From Candidatus Saccharimonadota bacterium (GTDB taxonomy: Bacteria; Pseudomonadota; Gammaproteobacteria; Enterobacterales; Enterobacteriaceae), in assembly GCF_023585745.1 (NCBI RefSeq), contig NZ_CP097762.1, positions 90,001 through 122,000 of the forward strand: DNA of 32,000 nt. The letters run 5' to 3'. Shown here piece by piece: positions 8,589-19,039 of this stretch (the stretch's first letter is position 1; the number at the start of each line of letters is the position of its first letter). The position numbers were made by a program, and so were the translations under genes. Below the pieces are notes generated by a model that worked only from the letters and a program-made list of their open reading frames with translations, did no database searches and was not told the DNA's origin.

Positions 8589-10676
8589 TTGTTGAATCCA
8601 ATTATTCATAAGTTTCAATACGGATCACATACTGTAATTTTAGATATAGGAACGGTAGCGCGTCAAGCTAATGCTGCAGTTATGGTAAGCATGGGTGATA
8701 CTACAGTTCTCGTAACTGCAGTGAGTACTAATAACTCGCATTTAGAACAAGATTTCTTTCCACTTGTAGTAAATTATCAAGAGCGTACGTATGCTGCTGG
8801 AAAGTTTCCTGGAGGATTTTTTCGTCGAGAGGGACGTCCTAGTGAACATGAAACGTTAACTTCTCGTTTAATTGACCGTCCTATTAGACCTTTATTTCCC
8901 AAAGGTTTTATGCATAATGTACAAATTGTTGCTACAGTAATATCAGTTAACCCACAAGTAAATCCTGATATTGTTGCTATTATAGGAACATCTGCTGCAT
9001 TAAGCTTATCAGATATACCATTTTTAGGGCCAATTGGTGCTGCTAGAATTGGTTATATTAAAAATAAATATATATTGAATCCCACCATGGCAGAATTATC
9101 TAATAGTAAATTAGATTTAGTTATCTCAGGTACTGAGTCTAATATTTTAATGGTAGAATCAGCGTCATGTTTGTTAAATGAAACTGAAATACTGGATGCA
9201 ATCAGTTTTGGACATGAACAACAACAAATTGTAATTAAAAATATTAATAAATTAGTTAAATTAGTTGGAAAACCTAAATTTTTCTGGAAAGAAAAAGAAA
9301 TAAACATGCCTTTGTTAAATCATGTTACTTCATTATATGATTCGCGTAAACAGGATATACTGAAGTGTTTTGATAGTCGTGAACGCAAAAATCAAATTGA
9401 AGTTGTAAAAAAAGATATAATAAAAATTATTTTTGAAAAATATGATGATTCATCTATTTTTGATGAAAAGGAGATAATATTTTATTTAAATCAATTAATA
9501 ACACAGTCGATGCGCAATCATATTGTTACAGCTAATTTACGTATTGATGGACGTACATTTGATGAAATTAGAAAAATTAATATAAAAACTAATATATTAC
9601 CGAGAACACATGGCTCAGCTCTATTCACTAGGGGCGATACACAAGCATTAGTGACTGTAACTCTTGGAACTGAACGTGATGCACAAAATGTTGACGGAAT
9701 TACTGGAGCATATACTGATAGATTTTTGTTACATTATAATTTTTTACCATATTGTGTTGGAGAAATTGGTATTATAGGAGCACCAAAAAGAAGAGAGATA
9801 GGACATGGTCGATTAGCAAAACGTGGTATGTTAGCAGTTATGCCAAATTCTAACGAATTTCCTTATACAATAAGGATTGTATCAGAAATTACGGAATCTA
9901 ATGGATCATCATCCATGGCTTCTATTTGTGGCGCTTCTTTAGCGTTGATGGATGCTGGAGTACCTATTAAATCAGCAATAGCTGGAGTAGCTATGGGTTT
10001 AATTAAAAATAATAATAATTTTATAATATTATCTGACATTATTAGTGATGAAGATTATATTGGAGATATGGATTTTAAAATTTCTGGTAATCGAAAAGGT
10101 ATTACAGCATTACAAATGGATATTAAAATAGACGGTATTACTTGCAATATTATTAAATATGCTTTGCAAAAAGCAAAAAAATCTATATCTAACATACTGG
10201 ATATTATGGACCAAGTAATTAAACATCCTAATAGAGAAATTTCTAAGTTTGCGCCAAGAATATATAATATAAAAATTAGTCCAGATAAAATTAAAGATAT
10301 TATAGGAAAGGGAGGATCAGTTATTCGATCTATTACTGATGAAACTAATACTATTATTGATATTGAAGATACTGGCGTTATTAAGATAGTAGCTCTAGAT
10401 TTTGAAAAAGCAAAAAAAGCTATTCAAAGAATTAATGATATTGTAGCTCATATTAAAATTGGAGCGATTTATACTGGAACAGTAACTCATATAGTTGATT
10501 TTGGAGCATTTGTTACTTTTTTATCTGGAAAGGAGGGGTTAGTACATGTTTCTCAAATTTCTGAAAAGAAAATTAACAAAGTTTCAGATTATTTAAAATT
10601 AGGACAGGAGGTATTAGTGAAAGTAATGGAAGTAGATCGTCAAGGACGTATTCGTTTAAGTATGAAAGGTATATAA
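8589..10676 (+). CDS. pnp: Polynucleotide phosphorylase, with a TTG start.
   Basis: [43 protein letters not shown] matches E. coli PNPase ([35 protein letters not shown]). KH and S1 C-terminal domains are present (GKGGSVIR..., [13 protein letters not shown]). AAAGGA lies about 7 nt upstream of the TTG. Confidence 0.96.
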   Translation: MLNPIIHKFQYGSHTVILDIGTVARQANAAVMVSMGDTTVLVTAVSTNNSHLEQDFFPLVVNYQERTYAAGKFPGGFFRREGRPSEHETLTSRLIDRPIRPLFPKGFMHNVQIVATVISVNPQVNPDIVAIIGTSAALSLSDIPFLGPIGAARIGYIKNKYILNPTMAELSNSKLDLVISGTESNILMVESASCLLNETEILDAISFGHEQQQIVIKNINKLVKLVGKPKFFWKEKEINMPLLNHVTSLYDSRKQDILKCFDSRERKNQIEVVKKDIIKIIFEKYDDSSIFDEKEIIFYLNQLITQSMRNHIVTANLRIDGRTFDEIRKINIKTNILPRTHGSALFTRGDTQALVTVTLGTERDAQNVDGITGAYTDRFLLHYNFLPYCVGEIGIIGAPKRREIGHGRLAKRGMLAVMPNSNEFPYTIRIVSEITESNGSSSMASICGASLALMDAGVPIKSAIAGVAMGLIKNNNNFIILSDIISDEDYIGDMDFKISGNRKGITALQMDIKIDGITCNIIKYALQKAKKSISNILDIMDQVIKHPNREISKFAPRIYNIKISPDKIKDIIGKGGSVIRSITDETNTIIDIEDTGVIKIVALDFEKAKKAIQRINDIVAHIKIGAIYTGTVTHIVDFGAFVTFLSGKEGLVHVSQISEKKINKVSDYLKLGQEVLVKVMEVDRQGRIRLSMKGI

Positions 10677-10937
10677 ATATATAAAATATTTTTTATATCA
10701 TTTACATATCGGTTTATACATAATGTGACTAATTAATTTTTGATGTTTAGACAAATTAGCAAACTGTATACTGTTACTTGAAAAAAAAGTAAAGATATTA
10801 AAAGTTTTTTATTTTAATTAAAAATATCAAAGTTTTAGTTAATTAAATACAACATATTTATATATTCATAATATATATCGTAGTTGATAAACTAAAAAAT
10901 AAATTTTTTATATAAAATATTTTTGTATGGAAATGAG

Positions 10938-10977
10938 ATGTTTGTTATATGTTTTTATCAAAACATATAACAAACAT
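10938..10977. repeat. Perfect 18-bp inverted repeat (hairpin) with a 4-nt loop, in the pnp-deaD spacer.
   Basis: ATGTTTGTTATATGTTTT (10938-10955), loop TATC, then AAAACATATAACAAACAT (10960-10977). I verified base by base that the arms are exact reverse complements. Confidence 0.9.
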
Positions 10978-11096
10978 GTATATTAGCTATGATTTGATAT
11001 GATTTTATCTTTAATAAAATATATAAAATTTCATGATACATTATTTGAGTTATATTTATAATATAGTAAGGTATTAGTTACAATGAGGCGCGACAA

Positions 11097-12785
11097 ATGT
11101 CGAAAACCGAAGATTCTTTTGTGAGTTTAGGATTAAATCCTAATATAATTGATGTACTACATGATTTTGGGTATAAAAAACCATTACCTATACAAACACA
11201 ATGTATTCCGTATTTATTATCTGGACATGATGTTTTGGGTATGGCTCATACAGGCAGTGGAAAAACTGCAGCATTTATTTTGCCATTGTTACATAACATA
11301 AATATTCATGATATTTTTACGCAAGGATTAATTGTTGCTCCTACTAGAGAATTAGCAATACAAATTGGAAAAGTGTGTATTAATTTTTCAAAGTATATGA
11401 AAAACATAAGTAGTGTGATTTTATATGGAGGACAAAGTTATAATATTCAGTTAAATGCCTTAAGAAAAAATCCTCATATTATTATATGTACTCCAGGTAG
11501 ATTAATAGATCATTTAAATCGTGGTACTGTGAATTTATCAAAATTAAAAACATTAATAATAGATGAAGCTGATGAGATGTTACGTATGGGTTTTCTTGAG
11601 GATATGGAATATATTATTAAAAATATTCCAATTCAACGTCAAACTGCTTTATTTTCTGCAACTCTACCTATCAGTGTTAGAAAAATAAGTCATAAGTTTA
11701 TGAGGAATCCCAAAGAAATATATATTACTGAAAATACTAAAATGTGCTCTGACATTAGACAAAATTATTGGTTGGTACGGGGCATTGCTAAACATGAAGC
11801 ATTAATGAGATTTTTAGAAACAGAAGATTTTGATGCAGCTATTGTATTTGTTAAAACTAAAAATACAACATTAGAAATTTCTAAAATATTAGAGCAATTT
11901 GGTTATAATAGTGCTGCTTTAAATGGTGATATGGACCAAAAGATAAGATATCAAACAGTGAATAGATTAATATGTGGTACATTAGATATTCTTATAGCTA
12001 CAGATATAGCAGCTCGAGGTTTAGATATAAATCGTGTTAGTTTGGTCATAAATTATGATATACCAATGAATTCTGACTCTTATATACACCGTATTGGCAG
12101 GACTGGTAGGGCAGGACGTATTGGGAAATCTTTATTATTTGTAGAACGTAAAGAATATAATTTATTACGTAATATCGAACGTAAAATACATTTAAATATT
12201 CCTGAAATTAAACATCCTTCTTCTAAAGATTTAATTACTTGTCGTTTAAACAAATTTTCGAAAAAAATAGCACACCAGTTGCATATTAGTAATGATTTAG
12301 AAATATATCGATCTTTGCTGACACATATAAAACCTACCAAGGATCTGACTATAGAAAATTTAGCAGCTGTATTATTAAAAATGGCGCAAGGTAATCGTCC
12401 ATTGGTATTTTCATCTAATTTAAATTCTGAAAATAAAACCATTCAAATAACACAAAAAATTAAAAAATATAAAAAACATACTATCACTAGTATTAGTAAT
12501 AAATCTGCAAAAATTAAATTAAAACCTAAAATTAATGGACATATGATGGATATTTATCATATATCATTGGGCAGTGATGATGGAGTAAAAAAACATCATA
12601 TTATTAAGGTGCTTTCCAATAAATATTATAATATTCATTATAATAAAATTGGTAACATTCAATTATTTCCTGATTATGCTATTTTTGAATTAAATAAAGG
12701 CTTACTAAATAATAAAAATTTTAAACGATTATCTCGTGCTCGTATTTTAAATAAACCTATAAATTTAAAATTTTTAGGAACTTGA
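11097..12785 (+). CDS. deaD: Cold-shock DEAD-box RNA helicase DeaD/CsdA.
   Basis: F..LGL...PIQ (Q motif), AHTGSGKT (motif I), DEAD, SAT and HRIGRTGRAG are all present. The position after pnp is as in E. coli, minus nlpI. At 562 aa it is shorter than the 629 aa of E. coli because of a shorter C-terminal tail. Confidence 0.93.
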   Translation: MSKTEDSFVSLGLNPNIIDVLHDFGYKKPLPIQTQCIPYLLSGHDVLGMAHTGSGKTAAFILPLLHNINIHDIFTQGLIVAPTRELAIQIGKVCINFSKYMKNISSVILYGGQSYNIQLNALRKNPHIIICTPGRLIDHLNRGTVNLSKLKTLIIDEADEMLRMGFLEDMEYIIKNIPIQRQTALFSATLPISVRKISHKFMRNPKEIYITENTKMCSDIRQNYWLVRGIAKHEALMRFLETEDFDAAIVFVKTKNTTLEISKILEQFGYNSAALNGDMDQKIRYQTVNRLICGTLDILIATDIAARGLDINRVSLVINYDIPMNSDSYIHRIGRTGRAGRIGKSLLFVERKEYNLLRNIERKIHLNIPEIKHPSSKDLITCRLNKFSKKIAHQLHISNDLEIYRSLLTHIKPTKDLTIENLAAVLLKMAQGNRPLVFSSNLNSENKTIQITQKIKKYKKHTITSISNKSAKIKLKPKINGHMMDIYHISLGSDDGVKKHHIIKVLSNKYYNIHYNKIGNIQLFPDYAIFELNKGLLNNKNFKRLSRARILNKPINLKFLGT

Positions 12786-12843
12786 TATTCTGAGTTAGAA
12801 ACATTTTATTATTTTGAATAAGTTATTGATAGTTATACATTAT

Positions 12844-13284
12844 ATGAATATGTTAATTAATAATAATAAAAAAGCGAAATATGCTATTTTAGCAGAGTTA
12901 AACATTGTATTATGGAGACTAAGATATCCTATTACTGTAAAAAATAAAATCTTATTGAAATTTTGGATAAATACGCGTTTATTATTAATTTCAAGTACAC
13001 GTATATCAATATACGATTCTTTTATTAAAGATGTTATACATGCTATGCAATTAAATTCTCTAGAAGTGAAATCGATCACTATTAAACAATTTAAAAATTT
13101 AATTTTTCCGAAAAATTTTTTTTGTCATTCTTGGTGGATTGATACTGCAGTGTTATATAAATTTCGCGGAATGTGCATAAACACTGTATCTTTATTAAGA
13201 CTAAGAAAAAGTGCTCGATTAAAATGTGCTTTATGGGAACAAATTAGGTATAATATTAATTCAAATATCGATATTTGTAAATAA
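12844..13284 (+). CDS. holD: Probable DNA polymerase III psi subunit HolD, highly diverged. Alternative starts are TTG 12814 and ATG 12850.
   Basis: By-eye colinear matches to E. coli HolD, given here as window versus E. coli:
- LAELNIVLWRLRYP vs LQQLGITQWSLRRP;
- FIKDVIHAM vs LVSDVLRAL;
- CHSWW vs CNSWR;
- LLRLRKSARLKCALWEQI vs LTDLRANPTARAALWQQI.
The size is similar, about 146 aa against 137 aa. Confidence 0.6.
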   Translation: MNMLINNNKKAKYAILAELNIVLWRLRYPITVKNKILLKFWINTRLLLISSTRISIYDSFIKDVIHAMQLNSLEVKSITIKQFKNLIFPKNFFCHSWWIDTAVLYKFRGMCINTVSLLRLRKSARLKCALWEQIRYNINSNIDICK

Positions 13285-13513
13285 ATTTTACAAATTACAT
13301 ATAATAATTATTAATGGTTACGTATAGTGCTATATTAAATATTCGGAATTAAATTCATATTGTATTTATGTCATTAATGTAGTAAGTGACACTAAAATTT
13401 AATGTAAATGATCGGCATATTTAATACATATTTACTGTTGCTTAGTATTGAATAATTAAAAATTATATAAATAGTTTAATGTAAATTAAAATATTAAATA
13501 TTTTTGTCAAAAT

Positions 13514-13546
13514 AAAAACAGACTATGAATATAGTCTGTTTTTTTT
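13514..13546. terminator. Bidirectional Rho-independent terminator.
   Basis: AAAAACAGACTAT-GAAT-ATAGTCTGTTTTT gives a 13-bp perfect stem (core CAGACTAT/ATAGTCTG) with a 4-nt loop. The T run extends to 13546 and an A run lies upstream, so it works on either strand. It lies 230 nt after holD and 440 nt before thrA. Confidence 0.75.
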
Positions 13547-13986
13547 ATAAAATGTAATTTTGTTAAATTTTTAATGTTTTACTAAATTTAGTTTAATTCT
13601 AATTAAATTATTTTATAAGATAAATATAGTATATCTGTATAATAAAAATAATTTAATTAATTATCATTAACTGAATACAAAATATATTGTTTTATATAAA
13701 TTTTACTATATTTTAACATTTTTATAAGAAATAGATATTTATCTATGTTTGTTGTTGATGTCTTCAATTAATTATTGTATTAAAAATTTTATGGTAGATA
13801 CTATTGTATAAACATGTATAATGATATTATTAGCTAAAATTTGTGCTTATTCTAATTTTTTAATTATTTATGATAATAATCTTGTGTAAGATACAGTAAT
13901 GTGTTTGGAATACTACAGGATTCCCATACATCTATTTTTATGAATGAAAGCTCAAGATATTCTCATTAATCTTTAGGAGACAAAAG

Positions 13987-16446
13987 ATGCGGGTATTAAA
14001 ATTTGGTGGCACCTCACTTGCTAATGCAAAACAATTTATTCACGTTGCTAATATTCTTGAAGAAAATATGCAAAAAGAACAAATAGCAGCGGTATTATCA
14101 GCACCTGCAATGATCACTAATCATTTAGTATCTGTTATTGATTGTGCTTTAAACAATAATATTGCATCAGAACACATAAAAAATATAGAAATTATCTTTA
14201 ATTCTTTATTACTAGATATATCTAAAATACAACCAAAATTTGATTTTGTCACATTACGTGTTTTATTAGAAAAAGAATTTATTCAATTAAAAAAATTACT
14301 ACATGGAATTTCTTTATTAAAATTTTGTCCAGATAATATAAATGCTAGTATTATTTGTTTAGGAGAAAAATTATCTGTATTTTTAATGAAAGGTATATTA
14401 GTTGCAAGAAATATACAATTAGTTGTTATTGATCCAGTAAATAATCTGATAACTTATGGGGGAGGATATCTTGCTGCTACAGTAAATATTGAAGAATCTG
14501 CAAAACGTATTAAAAAAATCTCTATTTCTCAGGCAGATATTATATTAATGGCAGGTTTTACTGCAGGTAATAAACAAGGTGAATTAGTTGCTTTAGGGCG
14601 TAACGGTTCTGATTATTCCGCAGCAATTTTAGCAGCTTGTTTAAATGCTAGACGTTGTGAAATTTGGACAGATGTAGATGGAATTTATACTTGCGATCCG
14701 AATCAAGTATCTAATGCAAAATTATTGCATTCATTATCTTATCAAGAAGCTATGGAATTATCTTATTTTGGAGCTAAAATTTTACATCCACGTACTATTG
14801 TGCCAATTGCGCAATTTCATATACCATGTTTAATAAAAAATGTATTTAAACCTAATGTTTTTGGAACGTTAATTGGTCCTACTAATAATAATGTTGATAA
14901 TAATATAGTAAAGGGCATAACATATTTAAAAAATATGGTTATGTTAAATGTATCTGGTCCAGGTATGAAGGGTATGATTGGCATGGCTGCTCGTATATTT
15001 TCTGCAATGTCTAAAGCGATATGTTCAGTAGTATTAATTACTCAATCATCTTCAGAATATAGTATAAGCTTTTGTATACCCTATACGGAATTATCAAGAG
15101 CTTGTGCCACATTATATGAAGAATTTACTTTAGAATTAAAAAATGGACTTTTAGAACCAATAGACATAATAGAAGATCTTGCAATTATTTCAGTCATAGG
15201 AGATAAAATGCGTACTAAACTTGGGTTATCTGGAAAATTATTTCAAGCATTGGCCCATGCTAATATTAACATTATTGCTACAGCTCAAGGATCTTCAGAG
15301 CGTTCTATTTCAGTCGTAGTAAATAATAATGTTGCTAACATTGGAATGAAAGTAGCGCATCAAATGTTATTTAGTCCGGATCAATTAATAGAAGTATTTA
15401 TCATTGGATCTGGTGGTGTTGGTTCAGCGCTAATAGAACAAATTAGACGACAACATTATTGGTTAAAAAACAAACATATTGATTTACGTGTTTGCGGGAT
15501 AACTAATTCTCGAGTGATGTATATTAAAACATGTGGTATTAATTTAAACAATTGGAAATTATTACTACATAATACACAAGAACCCTTTAATATAAAGAAG
15601 ATAATGAATTATATTAAAGAAAATCATTTAATTAATCCAGTAATTATTGATTGCACAGGTAGTATTGAGATTACGAATTATTATTTAGGATTTTTATTAA
15701 ATGGATGTCATGTAATTACGCCCAATAAAAAAGCTAATACTAGATCTATGCAATATTATAAAAAATTGAGAGAAGCTGTATTACAGTCAAAAAAGAAATT
15801 TTTGTATGATACTAATGTTGGAGCAGGTTTGCCTGTTATAGATAATTTGCAAAAATTATTGAATGCTGGAGATGAATTAATAAATTTTTCAGGAATTTTA
15901 TCTGGATCTTTGTCATTTATTTTTGGAAAATTAGATGAAGGATTGTCTTTATCTGAAGCAACTTTTTTAGCGCAAAAACAGGGATATACTGAACCAGATC
16001 CTAGAGATGATTTATCTGGTATAGACGTAGCTCGAAAATTATTAATTTTAGCAAGAGAAGCTGGATATGAATTAGAACTAAAAGATATTGAAATTGATCC
16101 AATAATGCCAAGTGATTTAATAAAAAAATATGATTTTTCTGATAAAAGAGATTTTTTTAAAAAATTATCTGTATTAGATGATTATATTTTTGATAAGTCT
16201 CAAAAATCTCACAAAACTGGCTGTGTATTGCGTTATATTGGCAGTATACAAAAAGGAAAATGTCGCGTAAAAATTGAATCTGTAGATAATACTCATCCTT
16301 TATTTAAAGTAAAAAATGGAGAAAATGCGCTTGCATTTTTAACAAAATATTATCAGCCAATACCATTAGTGCTAAGGGGTTATGGAGCTGGAAATAATGT
16401 GACTGCTGCTGGAGTATTTGCTGATTTGTTACGTATTTTATCTTAA
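13987..16446 (+). CDS. thrA: Bifunctional aspartokinase I / homoserine dehydrogenase I.
   Basis: [25 protein letters not shown]...[14 protein letters not shown] matches E. coli ThrA ([25 protein letters not shown]...TVLSAPAKITNHLV). It is 819 aa against 820 aa. The Shine-Dalgarno AGGAGA lies 7 nt upstream. Confidence 0.97.
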   Translation: MRVLKFGGTSLANAKQFIHVANILEENMQKEQIAAVLSAPAMITNHLVSVIDCALNNNIASEHIKNIEIIFNSLLLDISKIQPKFDFVTLRVLLEKEFIQLKKLLHGISLLKFCPDNINASIICLGEKLSVFLMKGILVARNIQLVVIDPVNNLITYGGGYLAATVNIEESAKRIKKISISQADIILMAGFTAGNKQGELVALGRNGSDYSAAILAACLNARRCEIWTDVDGIYTCDPNQVSNAKLLHSLSYQEAMELSYFGAKILHPRTIVPIAQFHIPCLIKNVFKPNVFGTLIGPTNNNVDNNIVKGITYLKNMVMLNVSGPGMKGMIGMAARIFSAMSKAICSVVLITQSSSEYSISFCIPYTELSRACATLYEEFTLELKNGLLEPIDIIEDLAIISVIGDKMRTKLGLSGKLFQALAHANINIIATAQGSSERSISVVVNNNVANIGMKVAHQMLFSPDQLIEVFIIGSGGVGSALIEQIRRQHYWLKNKHIDLRVCGITNSRVMYIKTCGINLNNWKLLLHNTQEPFNIKKIMNYIKENHLINPVIIDCTGSIEITNYYLGFLLNGCHVITPNKKANTRSMQYYKKLREAVLQSKKKFLYDTNVGAGLPVIDNLQKLLNAGDELINFSGILSGSLSFIFGKLDEGLSLSEATFLAQKQGYTEPDPRDDLSGIDVARKLLILAREAGYELELKDIEIDPIMPSDLIKKYDFSDKRDFFKKLSVLDDYIFDKSQKSHKTGCVLRYIGSIQKGKCRVKIESVDNTHPLFKVKNGENALAFLTKYYQPIPLVLRGYGAGNNVTAAGVFADLLRILS

Positions 16447-16472
16447 AACTTTTTAAACATAGGGTATTTAAT

Positions 16473-17411
16473 ATGATTAAAGTTTATGCTCCAGCATCTA
16501 TTGGAAATATTGGAGTTGGATTTGATGTATTAGGTATGGCTGTTACTCCAATAAATGGAGATTTACTTGGAGATTATATAAGCATTGAAGATTCTGATTT
16601 TTTTAAACTAAAAAGTATTGGATGTTTTAATAATCAATTACCTATACAATTGGAAAAAAATATTGTTTTTCAATGTTGGCAGAGATTTTGCAAAATTTTA
16701 GGAAAAAATTACCCAGTTAGCATTGTGTTGAAAAAAAATACTCCAGTTTCTTCTGGGTTAGGTTCTAGCGCATGCTCAATAGTAGCAGCACTAATTGCTA
16801 TGAATGCGCATTTCAAATATTTACTCAATAACGATCAGTTGCTTATGTTAATGGGAGAAATGGAAGGTCAAATTTCTGGTGCAATACATTTTGATAATGT
16901 ATCACCTTGTTTTTTAGGAGGTATGCGTATAATTTTAAAAAATTGTAACACAGTTATTAGTCAAAATATTCCAGGTTTTAGTAACTGGTTATGGATATTA
17001 GCATATCCAGGTGTTAAAATTTCTACCTTAGAATCTCGGTCAGTTTTACCAAATTTATATAGTCGTGCTGATTGCATAGAACACAGTAAATATTTATCAG
17101 GATTCATACACGCATGTCACACACAACAGGAACTGTTAGCAATTAAATGCATGAAAGATATTATAGCAGAACCTTATCGTTCTAAATTATTATCGGTAAA
17201 GTTATCATATATACGTCGTTCTGTTATAAAGAGAGGTGCTATTGCTTGCGGCATTTCAGGTGCTGGACCGACAATTTTCGTATTATGTAATAATTATATT
17301 GTTACTAAAGATATTGTTGATTGGTTATTACGTGTTTATGTAAAAAATGATGTAGGTTTTGTTCGAGTTTTTTCTGTAGATAATAAAGGAGCACGTATTG
17401 TGATAGAATAA
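16473..17411 (+). CDS. thrB: Homoserine kinase.
   Basis: [29 protein letters not shown] matches E. coli ThrB ([29 protein letters not shown]). The GHMP kinase motif [10 protein letters not shown] is present. Confidence 0.97.
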   Translation: MIKVYAPASIGNIGVGFDVLGMAVTPINGDLLGDYISIEDSDFFKLKSIGCFNNQLPIQLEKNIVFQCWQRFCKILGKNYPVSIVLKKNTPVSSGLGSSACSIVAALIAMNAHFKYLLNNDQLLMLMGEMEGQISGAIHFDNVSPCFLGGMRIILKNCNTVISQNIPGFSNWLWILAYPGVKISTLESRSVLPNLYSRADCIEHSKYLSGFIHACHTQQELLAIKCMKDIIAEPYRSKLLSVKLSYIRRSVIKRGAIACGISGAGPTIFVLCNNYIVTKDIVDWLLRVYVKNDVGFVRVFSVDNKGARIVIE

Positions 17412-17414
17412 TAT

Positions 17415-18728
17415 ATGAAATTATATAATATTAAACAACATAATGAACAAGTTACATTGACTACAGCCTTATTACAAGGATTAGGAAAAAATCGAGGATT
17501 ATTTTTTCCAATACGTCTTCCAAAATTTTCTGAAGATGAGATAAATAATTTACTTAGTATGAATTTCATAGAACGTAGTGCAAATATTTTATCTGAATAT
17601 ATTGGCGCAGAACTATCAAAAAATATTATTTTAGATTGTGTTAAAAATGCGTTTAATATTCCATTACCATTAGTGCGTATCAATAATAGAATTTCTATTT
17701 TAGAATTATTTCATGGACCAACTTTAGCTTTCAAAGATTTTGGTTGTAGATTATTAGCTCAATTTTTAAATAAAATTTATAATACTCGAAATAATAATAA
17801 ACCTATGGTTATTTTGACTGCTACTTCTGGAGATACGGGCGCTGCAGTAGCTCATGCTTTTTTTAATTTAAGTAATATATATGTTGTGATATTATATCCT
17901 AAACACAAAATTAGTACTTTTCAGGAAAAGTTATTTTGTACTTTAGGTAAAAATATTTACACTATTTCAGTAGATGGAGATTTTGATGCATGTCAAAATT
18001 TAATAAAACAAGCTTTTTCTGATGATCTTTTGCAAAAAAGATTAGCTTTAAATTCTGCTAATTCCATTAATATTGGAAGAATTCTAGCGCAGATTTGTTA
18101 TTATTTTGAAGGAGTATCACAAGTTTCTAGTGAACTGCGTAAAAAATTAGTTATTTCTGTGCCTAGTGGAAATTTTGGAAATTTAACAGCAGGATTATTA
18201 GCTCAATCTTGCGGGTTGCCGGTAAAAAAATTTGTTGTTGCTACTAATATTAATAATACTGTCCCTCGGTTTTTGCGGTATGGTTATTGGGATCCGCATC
18301 CCTCTGTATCTACATTTTCTAATGCAATGGATGTTAGTTGCCCGAATAATTGGCCTAGAATAGAGGAATTATTTCGTCGAGATAATAGATCTATTACAGA
18401 ATTAGAGTATGATTATGTTGAAGATCATATTACTAAAAATACTATTCAATTTATTGCAGATTTAGGATATTTGTCTGAACCCCATACTGCTATAGCATAT
18501 AAGGTATTGTCTGATAAATTAAATGCTAACGAATTTGGTATGTGTATTGGTACCGCTCATCCTGTTAAATTTAAAAAATTAATAGAAAGTTTTTTTTGTA
18601 ATAAAATAAAAATAATACTACCATTATCATTACAAAAATATGTAAAATTACCTACTTTATCTTATGATATACCTAAATGTTTTTTTTCTTTACGTAATCT
18701 AATATTAAAAATAATATCTGAGTCATAA
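17415..18728 (+). CDS. thrC: Threonine synthase.
   Basis: MKLYNIKQHNEQVTLTTALLQGLGKNRGLFFP matches E. coli ThrC (MKLYNLKDHNEQVSFAQAVTQGLGKNQGLFFP). The PLP-lysine context FKDFG is present. It starts 3 nt after the thrB stop. Confidence 0.97.
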   Translation: MKLYNIKQHNEQVTLTTALLQGLGKNRGLFFPIRLPKFSEDEINNLLSMNFIERSANILSEYIGAELSKNIILDCVKNAFNIPLPLVRINNRISILELFHGPTLAFKDFGCRLLAQFLNKIYNTRNNNKPMVILTATSGDTGAAVAHAFFNLSNIYVVILYPKHKISTFQEKLFCTLGKNIYTISVDGDFDACQNLIKQAFSDDLLQKRLALNSANSINIGRILAQICYYFEGVSQVSSELRKKLVISVPSGNFGNLTAGLLAQSCGLPVKKFVVATNINNTVPRFLRYGYWDPHPSVSTFSNAMDVSCPNNWPRIEELFRRDNRSITELEYDYVEDHITKNTIQFIADLGYLSEPHTAIAYKVLSDKLNANEFGMCIGTAHPVKFKKLIESFFCNKIKIILPLSLQKYVKLPTLSYDIPKCFFSLRNLILKIISES

Positions 18729-18804
18729 GGTATAAACTTACTATATTAGTTGATTATAAATTTGAATAATATGATAAGTTTTCTGAAAAATTTTAGTAGA
18801 TTAA

Positions 18805-18830
18805 ATGTAATTTCAATTACATATTTTATT
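18805..18830 (+). terminator. Candidate weak intrinsic terminator after thrC.
   Basis: ATGTAAT-TTCA-ATTACAT forms a 7-bp stem with only 2 G-C pairs, followed by ATTTTATT. It lies 77 nt after the thrC stop. The AT-rich background makes this a tentative call. Confidence 0.3.
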
Positions 18831-19039
18831 GATTAAATAAATTTATTATATTTATATAAATAGTATATAGATGCATACAATTTATATAAATGATTGTTAT
18901 TTAAATTATGTGTTGTTAAATGATTTACATTATTTTTATTTAATAAATAAAATTATCTTAATTTACATGTTTATTTTTAATAAATTCAAATATTATAAAT
19001 AATATATGAAAAGTTTTTTAAAACAAACTTATTTTAAGG

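Noticed and set aside
10679-10698. The hairpin ATATAAAA-TATT-TTTTATAT lies immediately after the pnp stop and could be a pnp terminator.
   Set aside because: The 8-bp stem is made only of A-T pairs, so its stability is negligible. It cannot be distinguished from background.
13398-13487. A 12-nt direct repeat, TTTAATGTAAAT, occurs twice about 77 nt apart in the holD-thrA spacer.
   Set aside because: A single AT-only 12-mer repeat in a 700-nt spacer that is about 85-90% AT is plausibly chance. It has no array structure, so it is not CRISPR-like or iteron-like.
13870-13899. A mini-ORF, ATG ATA ATA ATC TTG TGT AAG ATA CAG TAA (MIIILCKIQ), lies 90 nt upstream of thrA. It is followed by a 5-bp GGAAT/ATTCC hairpin and a T run. 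I considered whether it is a thrL-like leader and attenuator.
   Set aside because: Ile codons (ATA/ATC) are expected by chance at this AT content. There are no Thr codons. The hairpin has only 5 bp. There is no clear Shine-Dalgarno sequence or alternative antiterminator pairing. The evidence is insufficient.
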